A stretch of 64,000 bases of DNA from an uncultured Sphingomonadaceae bacterium. GTDB lineage: Bacteria; Pseudomonadota; Alphaproteobacteria; Sphingomonadales; Sphingomonadaceae. A model generated the notes under the pieces. The model was not told the DNA's origin. It did no database searches and saw nothing but the letters and a program-made list of their open reading frames with translations. The stretch lies in contig CAYNXB010000001.1 of assembly GCA_964401045.1 (NCBI GenBank), forward strand, positions 2,518 through 66,517. The letters are read 5' to 3'. Shown piece by piece: positions 10,302-19,990 of the stretch (position 1 is the first letter of the stretch; each line of letters starts with the position of its first letter). The position numbers were made by a program, and so were the translations under genes.

Positions 10302-11021
10302 TCACGGCACATCCTTGCGCGGCGGATAGCGCAGCGCGCCGGTGGGATCGCTCAGCCGGCCCTTGTCGAGCCGCATGATCAGCGAATCGGACACCTTGCG
10401 CAGCAGGTGCACGTCGTGCGTCGCCACCACCACCGTCGTGCCCAGGCGGTTGAGCGCTTCGAACAGCCGCAGCAGCTTGAGCGCCATTTCCGGATCGACG
10501 TTGCCGGTCGGCTCGTCCGCGACAAGCATCTCCGGCCGCCCGATCACCGCGCGGGCGATCGCGACGCGCTGCTGCTCGCCGCCCGAAAGCGTCGCCGGGC
10601 GCGCGTCCGCACGGTGCGCGAGGCCCACCCATTCAAGCATGTCCGCGACCGGTTTCTCGAGCTCGGCCTCGGCAACCCCCGCCACCCGCAAGGGCAGCGC
10701 CACGTTGTCGAACGCCGAGAGGTGCGGCACCAGCCGAAACTCCTGAAACACCACTCCCAGCCGCCGGCGGAAGCCCGGCAGGCGCCGGCGCGGCAGGGTG
10801 ATGACATCGGTGCCGAACATCCGGATCGCCCCGCGCGACGGGCGCTGGGCGAGGTAGAGCAGCTTGAGCAGCGAAGTCTTGCCCGCGCCGCTCGCGCCGG
10901 TGAGGAAATAGAACCGCCCGGGGTAGAGGCTGAACGAAATGTCGCTCAGCACCTCGCGCTCGGTGCCGTAGCGCAGCCCGACATTGTCGAACTGGACGAT
11001 GTCCCCCTCGCGCTCGGTCAT
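10302..11021 (-). CDS. ftsE: cell division ATP-binding protein FtsE
   Basis: ATG 11021 ([14 protein letters not shown]). Walker [13 protein letters not shown] signature LSGGEQQR and Walker B LVADEP are present. Confidence 0.92.
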   Translation of the reverse strand: MTEREGDIVQFDNVGLRYGTEREVLSDISFSLYPGRFYFLTGASGAGKTSLLKLLYLAQRPSRGAIRMFGTDVITLPRRRLPGFRRRLGVVFQEFRLVPHLSAFDNVALPLRVAGVAEAELEKPVADMLEWVGLAHRADARPATLSGGEQQRVAIARAVIGRPEMLVADEPTGNVDPEMALKLLRLFEALNRLGTTVVVATHDVHLLRKVSDSLIMRLDKGRLSDPTGALRYPPRKDVP

Positions 11022-11182
11022 GCCCGTGCAGGCGCTCCGCACCGGGCGGAAAAGGCAGTCGAACGATCCATCGCAACCGCTATAGCTGTTGCCTACGGTG
11101 GAAAAAAGCCACGCAACCGTGCTGTGCCCGATGTGCGAGACTTGTTGCCCCCGGCGGCACATGCGCTAGGTTCATCCGCACG

Positions 11183-12067
11183 ATGGTTATCGCCTGCCCC
11201 GCCTGCGCGACGCGTTATGTCGTACCCGATAGCGCGATCGGTCTCGAAGGGCGGCGCGTGCGCTGCGCCAAGTGCCGCCACAGCTGGTACCAGGAAGGTC
11301 CGGAAGCGCAGCAGCAGCCAGTGCCTCCCTCTGGGCACGCACCTGGCCCCGCACCGGTCGCTGCCCCATCGCCGCCTTCTCCTTCGCCGCAACGCCAGCC
11401 AGAGCCGGTAGCCGCGCCGGGCTTCAGCGCCACGGCGTTCGCCGCGCCCGAAGCGCCACCGCTGCCGCCCGACCGGTCCTACATCCGGCAACCCGATCCG
11501 GAGCCGGAGCCCACGCGCTGGGAGGAGCCGCCCGAACCAGTCGCCGCCGAGGCGGTCCCGCTGCCGCCGCTGCAGGAGGCCGAGCCCTACCGGGACGACG
11601 AGTTCTCGCAGTTCGACCACGAGCCGCCGTTCCGGCCGCGGCGCAACGTGCTCAGGCTGTTCACCTGGGCGGCGGCAATCTTCGCCCTGCTGGCGATCGG
11701 CACGGTGGTCGCGGTGTCCTACTGGGGCTTGCCCGACTGGGTGCCAGTGAGCCGGCCGACTTTCGGCCAGAGCCGCCCGGACCTGCAGCTCGATTTCCCC
11801 GCCGACCAGCAGGAACGGCGCCAGTTGCCCAATGGCACCGAGTTCTTCGGCGCCAGCGGCACGATCACCAACATCGGCCGTGAAACTCATCGCGTGCCGG
11901 CGATCCTGATCGTGCTGCGCGATGCACGTGACCGGATCGTCTATAGCTGGGAAGTCTCGCCGCCGCAGAGCAGGCTCGGCCCCGGCGAGAGCGTAACGAT
12001 CAACGAAGCGGTTACCGACGTGCCCCGCTCGGCGCGCTTCGCCGAGATCGGCTGGAAGCCGGAATAA
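11183..12067 (+). CDS. MJ0042-type zinc-ribbon domain protein with C-terminal DUF3426-like domain
   Basis: N-terminal CPACATRY...RCAKCRH zinc ribbon, a Pro-rich linker, one TM helix and a conserved C-terminal domain. It is divergent from ftsE, as commonly seen in alphaproteobacteria (recollection). Confidence 0.75.
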   Translation: MVIACPACATRYVVPDSAIGLEGRRVRCAKCRHSWYQEGPEAQQQPVPPSGHAPGPAPVAAPSPPSPSPQRQPEPVAAPGFSATAFAAPEAPPLPPDRSYIRQPDPEPEPTRWEEPPEPVAAEAVPLPPLQEAEPYRDDEFSQFDHEPPFRPRRNVLRLFTWAAAIFALLAIGTVVAVSYWGLPDWVPVSRPTFGQSRPDLQLDFPADQQERRQLPNGTEFFGASGTITNIGRETHRVPAILIVLRDARDRIVYSWEVSPPQSRLGPGESVTINEAVTDVPRSARFAEIGWKPE

Positions 12068-12173
12068 GCGAGCCTTGCGATTTCGCGGCCCGCCGCCCTT
12101 GCGGGGTCGGAACCGCTTTGCTAGTGGCGCGCTCCTACCGGCCGGCGCGCCCAACGCGCCGCCTATGCGATGT

Positions 12174-12260
12174 GCGGTCGTGGCGGAACTGGTAGACGCG
12201 CAACGTTGAGGTCGTTGTGGGCGAAAGCCCGTGGAAGTTCGAGTCTTCTCGACCGCACCA
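12174..12260 (+). tRNA. tRNA-Leu (anticodon GAG)
   Basis: 87 nt cloverleaf folded by hand. Acceptor GCGGTCG/CGACCGC; anticodon stem CAACG/CGTTG with loop TTGAGGT; long variable arm GGGC-GAAA-GCCC; T-loop TTCGAGT; encoded CCA. Confidence 0.93.
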
Positions 12261-12292
12261 CACAGTCCTGAGTGATCCGCAAGGATCTGAAA

Positions 12293-12340
12293 GGCCGCGG
12301 AACGGGCGCCAGCAATGGCGCTGTTCCGCGGCCTTTTCGC
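12293..12340 (+). terminator. rho-independent terminator after tRNA-Leu
   Basis: Imperfect GC-rich hairpin GGCCGCGGAACGGGCGCCA / TGGCGCTGTTCCGCGGCC (12293-12333) followed by TTTTCGCTTTC. Confidence 0.6.
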
Positions 12341-12600
12341 TTTCTGGTGTGAGGATCTGCAGTCAGAGACCGGCCGCGCTTGCCCGGTTTTGGCGCGGCA
12401 TATGTCCGCCGTCTCAGGTCGGAAATTTCTGGCTGCAGTTGGAATTCTCAGGTGAGACCAAGCTCTCGGCGCTGCTTCGTCCTGGATAGCGGAAGAGTCG
12501 TGCCGGTCAGCCGTGACGCCGTGAGATGCTCGGGCTGCTTCCGCGGGACAATCGCGATGACGATGTCGGGGGCCAGGCGGGAGATACGGTCAAGGTCAGG

Positions 12601-13280
<680 letters not shown>

Positions 13281-13284
<4 letters not shown>

Positions 13285-14486
13285 ATCCCGATTGCCTCGA
13301 CAGGATCGATCCGCGAAGCCCGCCGGGCGGGGAGGAGCGACGCGAACGCAGCCGCGATTGTGGTCAGCGCGATCGCCAGAAGGAACCCGCCTGCCGCCGG
13401 GTCCAGCGGAAGCCGGCCTTCGCGGAATTCAGAGAGCGGCGGGGCCGGGAGCAAGGCCAGCCAGGCCGCAACGGCGCCGATGACCGCCCCTGACAGACCG
13501 ATCAGCGTTCCCTCGATCAAAAATATGGCCATGATCAGACGTTTTGTGCCGCCCATCGCGCGAATAATGCCGATCTCCGCCGAGCGCCGTACGATCGACA
13601 AAAGCATCGCGCTGGCGATCCCGATCACGATAGTAACCAGGGCGAACCCCTTGATGATCGTTCCCGTCCGGGCCTGTGCGTCGAGGCCTTCGAGCAGCTG
13701 GGCGTTCTCCTCGGTCCAGGCAGTTGTGCGGAGCCCGGTCGCCCGTCCGAGTTCCAACGCAATCGCCGATGCGGCCTCGACCGGATCGACCTTGATCTCG
13801 ATCCGCGACAAGCCGCTGGGGAGATCGAACAGGGCGCGTGCGGTGGTGAGGTTCATGTAGACGGTTTGCCGGTCCGCGCCGGCTATGCCGAGCGTGAATA
13901 TCCCGCCGATCCGGAAGCTGCGTGTCCGGCCACGGTCGGACGTCATGCGAACCAGCTGGCCCGCGCGCAGGCCAAGATCTTCCGCCATCAGGCTCCCGAT
14001 GAGAATGCTGTCGACAGGCAGGGCATCACTGCCCGCGACAATCGCGGAGCTGATGTCGGCGATGGCCGAGAGCTTGTCGGGCTCGACCCCGATCACGCCG
14101 ACCGCGGCGACGGCCTGACCGCGAACGACGAAGCCATTGCCGCGGATTTGCGGCGACACCGCCGTTACGCCCGCCGTGCGTTGAATGGGGTCGATGAACG
14201 GCTGCCATACCGCGATCTGCTCGCGGCGGCTCAGGTCTTTCTGAACCACGGCTTGCGCCCCTGTAAGGCCCTCGAGAAGTGCCGGCTCGCGCTCGCGCAT
14301 CTCCAGCACCACGTGCGGGATGCTCCCGACCGTCCTCAGAGTGAGCACGGTCGCAAGGCCACCGATCAGCGCACTCATGAAGATGAACACGCCAACTCCC
14401 ACCGCGACGCCGCTCATGAGGAGCACCGTCTGGCCGGGATGCGCTGACAGGTGGCGCAGCGCGATCTTGATCGCATACGGCGTCAC
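13281..14486 (-). CDS. ABC transporter permease (FtsX-like/MacB-type)
   Basis: 401 aa. An N-terminal TM is followed by a large periplasmic domain and the C-terminal FtsX-like 3-TM bundle. GTG 14486 overlaps the adaptor gene stop (GTGA). Confidence 0.88.
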
Positions 14487-15520
14487 GTCCGCACCCGTTG
14501 ACCGGGTCGCGCAGAAGCGGGCGAAGCAAGTATTCGCTCACCTGCCTTAAGGCCGGACTCGACGATGACCTGCTCCGCCGGCCAGTCCGCGATCCGCACC
14601 GGCCGCTCGCGTACGATGTCCCTGTCATCGAGCAGCCTAACCCGCGTGGATGCACCAGTGCCCAGCACCGCGCTACGGGGAATGCTCAGTGCGGACTTCC
14701 GCTCGTCGACGATCAGGTTGATGGTTACCGTGAGGCCGGCCGGAGCCTGCTCCGGCGTGTCCAGCAATTGCAGGCGCATCTCGCGCGCGCCGGTCGCGGG
14801 ATCGACCAGCGGCTCGATGTGGAGGACCGTCGCCCGCAGCGGCCGGGGCGTGCCCGGAAGGCTGACCACGGCGCGGGCACCGGGGCGCACTTGCGCGGCA
14901 TAGACTTCGTCCACTTCAGCGCTGATCTGAGGCGTGCTGAGGTCGGCCAGCCGATAGATCACCACGTTGGCGGCCACGACCTGCCCGGGATCAACCGGAC
15001 GGTCGAGAATGACGCCGGCGAACGGCGCCCGGATCACCCTGCGCTCGCGTTGCTTGCTGGCTTCCTCGACTGCAGCCCGGCGCCCTTGCAGCTCCCGAAT
15101 TCCCTCGGTCACCGCCAGCCTGCGCTCCTCCACTTCGCGCCGGGCCGCGAACTGCCCAAGGCCTTCGTAGCGCGCGAGTTCGCGCCGCGCCTGGGCGAGT
15201 GTCGCTTCCTGGGCTGCGACAGCCGCAAGGGCTTGGGCGATGGCCGCGGCTTCGGGGGCGTCATCGATCCGCGCCAGCACCGTGCCGGCCGAGACCCGTG
15301 CGCCCACGTCGAACGGCAACTCCCTCAGGGCCCCCCCGACCGGAGACTGGATCTCGACCGAAAGCAGCGGCCGGATCTTTCCATTGATCGCGAGGACCCG
15401 CATCGCCGGAGCCTCGGCAAGCCGAAGGACCGCCACGCGCGGGGGCTGCGGCCACAGCAGCCAAGCGGTTGCCAGCAGCGATGCGATAAGGACGGCGATG
15501 ACCAACGAGCGTCGTTTCAT
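14483..15520 (-). CDS. efflux periplasmic adaptor subunit (HlyD/MFP family)
   Basis: ATG 15520 (MKRRSLVIAVLIASLL...), a signal-anchor, then a coiled-coil hairpin and beta-barrel regions typical of MFPs. It is first in the operon with the two ABC genes. Confidence 0.85.
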   Translation of the reverse strand: MKRRSLVIAVLIASLLATAWLLWPQPPRVAVLRLAEAPAMRVLAINGKIRPLLSVEIQSPVGGALRELPFDVGARVSAGTVLARIDDAPEAAAIAQALAAVAAQEATLAQARRELARYEGLGQFAARREVEERRLAVTEGIRELQGRRAAVEEASKQRERRVIRAPFAGVILDRPVDPGQVVAANVVIYRLADLSTPQISAEVDEVYAAQVRPGARAVVSLPGTPRPLRATVLHIEPLVDPATGAREMRLQLLDTPEQAPAGLTVTINLIVDERKSALSIPRSAVLGTGASTRVRLLDDRDIVRERPVRIADWPAEQVIVESGLKAGERILASPASARPGQRVRT

Positions 15521-15712
15521 TGTCACCTGCGGACTGGTTCTGCGCGGACACTCGCCCGAAAGAGGGATAGAGGGAAGACTCCCGCGCGATCGGTTCACTG
15601 TTGCATCGAACTGCCCGTGCGCTCAGCTCATCCTTTCCAGCAGGCGGACAGGGCGCGCGGCGGGCGCTTTCACATTTGCGCCTGCGTGCACTCACAACCG
15701 ACCGCCGGCGTT

Positions 15713-15730
15713 TCCGGATATCTGCGTAAT
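15713..15730 (+). promoter_or_regulatory. conserved 18-bp box, copy 1 (TCCGGATATCTGCGTAAT); candidate regulator-binding site
   Basis: One of 12 related intergenic copies (see findings). It ends 52 nt upstream of the proposed start of the phosphorylase operon, in the divergent region shared with the HlyD/ABC operon. Confidence 0.45.
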
Positions 15731-15782
15731 TCGAACGGGAGCTGGCCGGTGCAAGAGCGGAGGGGAGACAGAGGCCCGAACA

Positions 15783-17267
15783 TTGCCAACCATTCGCCAC
15801 ATCCCGATCGATACTTACCCGGAAAACACTGCGTTCATGCTGCGCCGGGGCGACGGATATTCAGCCGAACAGTTCCAGGCGCTGCGCAAAATCCGGGTGA
15901 CCGCGCCGAACGCTGAAATCCTTGCGACCCTCGCGCTGGTGGACGACGCGCGCATCGTCGGGCTGGGCGAAATTGGGCTCGGCGAACAGGCGTACCGCCG
16001 CCTAGCCCAGCCCGAGGGGACAGACGTCAGCGTCGCGCAGGCGCAACCGCCCGCGAGCCTCGAGTTCGTCCGCCGCAAGATCGATGGAGACTCGTTTCAG
16101 GCGGCCGAGCTCGCTGCGATCGTCGGCGATATTGCGAACCACCGGTACTCACCGATGGAAATCGGCGTCTTCCTGGTGGCGTGCGCCGGCTTCATGAGCA
16201 CCGAGGAAACACTGTTGCTCACGCGCGCAATGATCGATGTCGGTGACAGGCTGCAGTGGGATTCCCCGCTGGTCGTGGACAAGCACTGCATCGGCGGCAT
16301 TCCCGGTAATCGCACCTCCATGATCGTGGTGCCTATCGTCGCCGCTCATGGGCTGATCTGCCCGAAGACCTCCTCTCGCGCAATCACATCGCCGTCTGGC
16401 ACGGCCGACGCGATGGAGGTGCTCGCGCAGGTCGATTTCACCGAAGCGCAGATGTCGGCAATTGTCGCGAAAGAAAAGGCAGTACTGGCATGGGGCGGAC
16501 GTGTGCGCCTGTCTCCGGCCGACGATGTCCTGATCTCGGTCGAGCGGCCGCTGAGGCTCGACACGTTCGAGCAAATGGTGGCGTCGATCCTGTCGAAGAA
16601 GGCCGCCGCCGGTTCGACCCACCTGGTGATCGACATCCCGGTTGGCCCAACCGCGAAGGTGCGTTCGCAGAATGACGCCGTACGACTGCGCAAGCTGTTC
16701 GAATATGTCGCGCGCCACATCGGCATTGTCACGGACGTCGTCTTCACCGACGGCTCCCAGCCCGTGGGCCGCGGGATCGGTCCGGTGCTGGAAGCGCGCG
16801 ACGTCATGCAGGTTCTACGTGGCGCCGCAGACGCGCCGGCGGACTTGCGCGAGCGGGCGATATTCCTCGCAGGGCGAGTGCTGGAATTCGATCCTGCGTT
16901 GCGAGGGGGGGACGGGCCGCGGCGTGCGCGCGAGCTGCTTGCCTCGGGCGCTGCGCTGGTGGCGATGGAGCGGTTGATCGAAGCGCAAGGGCGCCAGACG
17001 CAAGCCCTCGTCCCGGGAGCCCATACGTTCGAGGTGACGGCGCCCACCGGCGGCCAGGTCCTGGCGATCGATTGCGAACGCCTTGCGCGCATCGCCCGGC
17101 TCGCCGGTGCGCCAATGGACAAGGGCGCGGGAATCGACCTGCGGCACAAAGTGGGCGCCCGCGTGAAGCGGGGTGCGCCGCTCTATTGCATCCACGCCAG
17201 CGCGCCGGAAGGACTGCGCTTCGCCCGCGAGCTTGCCAGCGATGGCGCCGGATACCGCATCGCATGA
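15783..17267 (+). CDS. thymidine phosphorylase family protein (archaeal-type putative thymidine/AMP phosphorylase)
   Basis: TTG 15783 is the first in-frame start that keeps the conserved N-terminus (PTIRHIPIDTYPENTAFML). The long upstream part of track ORF 15240.. overlaps the HlyD gene. Motifs DKHCIGGIPGNRTS and TSSRAITSPSGTADAMEVL match the TIGR02645-type 'putative thymidine phosphorylase' group rather than canonical DeoA (recollection). Confidence 0.85.
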   Translation: MPTIRHIPIDTYPENTAFMLRRGDGYSAEQFQALRKIRVTAPNAEILATLALVDDARIVGLGEIGLGEQAYRRLAQPEGTDVSVAQAQPPASLEFVRRKIDGDSFQAAELAAIVGDIANHRYSPMEIGVFLVACAGFMSTEETLLLTRAMIDVGDRLQWDSPLVVDKHCIGGIPGNRTSMIVVPIVAAHGLICPKTSSRAITSPSGTADAMEVLAQVDFTEAQMSAIVAKEKAVLAWGGRVRLSPADDVLISVERPLRLDTFEQMVASILSKKAAAGSTHLVIDIPVGPTAKVRSQNDAVRLRKLFEYVARHIGIVTDVVFTDGSQPVGRGIGPVLEARDVMQVLRGAADAPADLRERAIFLAGRVLEFDPALRGGDGPRRARELLASGAALVAMERLIEAQGRQTQALVPGAHTFEVTAPTGGQVLAIDCERLARIARLAGAPMDKGAGIDLRHKVGARVKRGAPLYCIHASAPEGLRFARELASDGAGYRIA

Positions 17268-18154
17268 TCGCCGCGATCTTCGCCTTTGCGGAATCCAGCG
17301 TCCAGGCCGGTCGTCTGGCCGACGAGCTCGGCCTTCCAAATCGCGCCGTCACCGTCCACCGGTTCCCCGACCGTGAGAGCCTGGTCCGGGTCGAGCGATC
17401 ACCGCCCACGGCGCTCTTGTATCGCTCGCTCGACGATCCGAACGCCAAGCTGGTTGAACTGCTGCTGGCGGTTTCCGCCCTTCGCGCCAACGGAGCGGCC
17501 CGCGTGATCCTGATCGCGCCGTACCTTGGCTATATGCGGCAGGATCGCGCGTTCCAGCCGGGCCAGGCGGTTAGCCAGCAGGTGGTAGGGCGACTATTGG
17601 CCGAGCGCATCGACGCGCTGTTGACTGTCGATCCGCACCTCCACCGAACGCATTCGCTCAGCCAGGTGGTGCCCGGAATCCCCGCAGTTGCACTGTCCGC
17701 GGCGCCTGTGCTCGCAGCCGCGCTCGGTCTTGCCGACGATCCCCTGATCGCGGGGCCGGACGACGAATCCGCAGCCTGGCTCGAGGCCGTCGCAGCTCCG
17801 CTGGGTCTCGAAACCTTGCTCGGGGCAAAACAACGACGAGGTGATCGACAGGTCGAAATCAGCTTCGCGAACATCGAGCGGTGCAAGGATCGACACGTGG
17901 TCCTGATCGACGACCTCATCTCGAGTTGCGAGACGATGAGGGAGGCCGCCCTGCAATTGCGCAAAGCCGGAGCGGCCCGTGTCGAGGTGCTCGCCACCCA
18001 TTGCCTTTCCTCGGAGGCGGACCTTGTCCGCCTGACGGGCGCAGGCGTCTTGCGGGTTCGGGCGACCGATACGGTGCCGGGTCCCGCTGCCTCCTTACCC
18101 ATCGCGGGATTGCTGGCGTCGGCCATCCGTCATCAACGCTGGGCAGGAGAATAG
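17264..18154 (+). CDS. ribose-phosphate pyrophosphokinase family protein (Prs-like, divergent PRPP loop)
   Basis: ATG 17264 overlaps the upstream stop (ATGA). Prs-family motifs PYLGYMRQDR and TVDPHLH are present. The PRPP loop reads VVLIDDLISSCETM, with SCET in place of the usual TGGT. Confidence 0.8.
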   Translation: MIAAIFAFAESSVQAGRLADELGLPNRAVTVHRFPDRESLVRVERSPPTALLYRSLDDPNAKLVELLLAVSALRANGAARVILIAPYLGYMRQDRAFQPGQAVSQQVVGRLLAERIDALLTVDPHLHRTHSLSQVVPGIPAVALSAAPVLAAALGLADDPLIAGPDDESAAWLEAVAAPLGLETLLGAKQRRGDRQVEISFANIERCKDRHVVLIDDLISSCETMREAALQLRKAGAARVEVLATHCLSSEADLVRLTGAGVLRVRATDTVPGPAASLPIAGLLASAIRHQRWAGE

Positions 18155-18155
18155 C

Positions 18156-19793
18156 GTGTCCAAATACCCGATCTCGCTGACCTTTCATGGCGCGGCACGC
18201 ACCGTCACCGGATCATGCATGGAGTTTAGCCATGAAGGTCGGTCGCTCCTGGTCGATTGCGGCCTTTTCCAGGGCTCGCGGACGCTGGAGAGTCTCAACT
18301 CGGGCGATTTTGCCTTCGACCCCGGTCGGCTCGGGGGAGTCGTGCTCACTCACGCCCACCTCGACCACAGCGGGCTCCTGCCGAAGCTCGCGGCGCAGGG
18401 ATTCAAGGGCCCGATCTGGTGCACTCAGCCAACCGCCGATCTTCTGGAATACATGCTGGCGGACGCCGGCCGAATCCAACAGAACGAGGCAGAGCGGCGC
18501 AATCGCCGGCGTGACCGGGCCGGGGAAGTCCCATTCCTCCCGATTTATACCGAGGCCGACGCTCACGACGCCTGGCGCCTGTGCAAGCCCGTTGCGCTGG
18601 AGGAATGGTTCGAGCCGGTCCCGGGCTTTCGTGCGCGGCTGTGGAACGCCGGCCATATCCTTGGGGCTGCTTCGGTCGAGCTCCAGGCGGGCGGTGTCCG
18701 CATCCTGTGCTCCGGGGACATCGGCCCCGGGCACAAGGCGTTCCAGAACGCCCCGGAAGCCCCCCAAGGCTTCGATCACGTGATTTGCGAGGGAACTTAC
18801 GGCGATCGGCAACGCGACAGAGTCACGATGGAGGAGCGGCGCAAAACCTTGGAAGCCGAGGTGCGTGGTGCGCTGACTCGCGGCGGCAACCTTGTCATTC
18901 CCGCATTCGCGCTCGAGCGGACGCAGGAGCTGCTGCTCGATCTCGATTTCCTGCTGCGCTCGGGCGCAATTCCGGAAGTCCAGGTATTCGTGGATTCGCC
19001 GCTTGCAAGCGAAGTCACGAGTGTCTTCGCCCGTTATGCGCGCGAGTTGCAAGACACCGGCGGGCAAAACATCTTCGCTCACCCCGCATTCCATTTCGTC
19101 CGCGACACCGCCGAGTCCATCCGGCTCAACTCGGTTTCGGGCGCCATCATCCTCGCCGCGTCCGGGATGTGCGAGGGAGGGCGCATCCGCCACCACCTGA
19201 TCCACAATCTAGCGCGGCGCGATTCAACCATCCTGTTCGTGGGTTTCCAGGCGCAAGGCACGCTTGGTCGGGTCCTGCTCGAAGGTGCGAAGGCCGTCCG
19301 CATCTCGGGGGCCGATGTGCGCGTTCAGGCGCAGATCCGCAGGATCGAGCACTATTCGGCGCATGCCGACAAGGATGAATTGCTCGACTGGATCGAGCGA
19401 CGCATGCCCATCTCCGGATCGGTGTTAATCGACCACGGCGAACCGGAAGCGGTGGAAGCAATCCGTCGCGAGCTGCAGCGGCGCTGGTCCAGTTTGGCGG
19501 TCATGCTACCCGAGCTGGGCGATACGTTCGGGCTCGCCGCGCGCCAAGCCGCGAAGCGGCTCGCGAAGGGCAACGTGTCCTTGCACGAAACCGTCGGCAC
19601 CGATTGGCAAAACGCTTACGCGGATTTCGCGACCTCGCTCAAAACCAGATTGAGCGCCATGCGCGATGGGCGCCAGCGCCGGGAAGCGATCGAGGAGATG
19701 CGCAAGGTTCTCGAGAGCTACAATTCAGCGCGTCAGGAGCGCACGAAGCGCCACGCTGTTCCGGCATCGCGCCATAGGCGGCGGCATGAGTGA
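18156..19793 (+). CDS. MBL-fold metallo-hydrolase with beta-CASP / RNA-specificity domain (RNase J/CPSF-like)
   Basis: GTG 18156 lies 1 nt after the Prs-like stop. The HAHLDHSG (HxHxDH) motif, beta-CASP motifs (ICEGTYG, HYSAHAD) and a C-terminal RMMBL-like region are present. Confidence 0.88.
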   Translation: MSKYPISLTFHGAARTVTGSCMEFSHEGRSLLVDCGLFQGSRTLESLNSGDFAFDPGRLGGVVLTHAHLDHSGLLPKLAAQGFKGPIWCTQPTADLLEYMLADAGRIQQNEAERRNRRRDRAGEVPFLPIYTEADAHDAWRLCKPVALEEWFEPVPGFRARLWNAGHILGAASVELQAGGVRILCSGDIGPGHKAFQNAPEAPQGFDHVICEGTYGDRQRDRVTMEERRKTLEAEVRGALTRGGNLVIPAFALERTQELLLDLDFLLRSGAIPEVQVFVDSPLASEVTSVFARYARELQDTGGQNIFAHPAFHFVRDTAESIRLNSVSGAIILAASGMCEGGRIRHHLIHNLARRDSTILFVGFQAQGTLGRVLLEGAKAVRISGADVRVQAQIRRIEHYSAHADKDELLDWIERRMPISGSVLIDHGEPEAVEAIRRELQRRWSSLAVMLPELGDTFGLAARQAAKRLAKGNVSLHETVGTDWQNAYADFATSLKTRLSAMRDGRQRREAIEEMRKVLESYNSARQERTKRHAVPASRHRRRHE

Positions 19794-19893
19794 GCTGGCG
19801 CCTGCCCTGGTGTGGTGTTCGCAATCCGAAGCGGTGCTGCTCCATGCCCTCGGCAGCTCGCAGCAAGGGCTTTCACAAGATGAATCCCGTTGA
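19786..19893 (+). pseudogene. possible remnant of a P-type ATPase N-terminus (35 codons)
   Basis: ATG 19786 overlaps the MBL stop by 8 nt. MSELAPALVWCSQSEAVLLHALGSSQQGLSQDESR* matches the Cation_ATPase_N pattern W-x4-E-x-V/L-L-x2-L-x-S/T-x3-GLS-x2-E, then hits TGA. No ATPase body follows. Confidence 0.35.
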
Positions 19894-19990
19894 GTCTCGG
19901 GAGCTTCGAAGCCACCTCGACAGGTCTGCTGCACGTGCTCGGCGTGCCGATCGCGGCAGCGCTCTCGGCAACGATGCTGCTGCGTTTTGC

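Noticed and set aside
11380-11640. Pro/Ala/Glu-rich repetitive stretch inside the zinc-ribbon protein gene, considered as a DNA repeat element.
   Set aside because: It is in frame within a well-supported CDS and corresponds to a low-complexity linker. No exact nucleotide repeats were seen.
15713-15730. Interpreting the 18-bp box as a promoter (sigma-70 -35/-10, sigma-54 -24/-12, or EcfG GGAAC-N16-CGTT).
   Set aside because: The GG and GC dinucleotides are 8 nt apart rather than about 12. There is no hexamer pair with 16-18 nt spacing inside the box, and no GGAAC element. A regulator site remains the better reading, though a novel sigma specificity cannot be excluded.
15783-19793. Phosphorylase / phosphoribosyl enzyme / nuclease trio considered as a nucleotide-depleting anti-phage defence system.
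   Set aside because: No sensor, NTPase, TIR/SIR2, cyclase or other defence-island neighbours are present. The operon carries the same upstream box as Usp, BON and receiver genes, which points to a stress regulon. The defence idea is not excluded experimentally.
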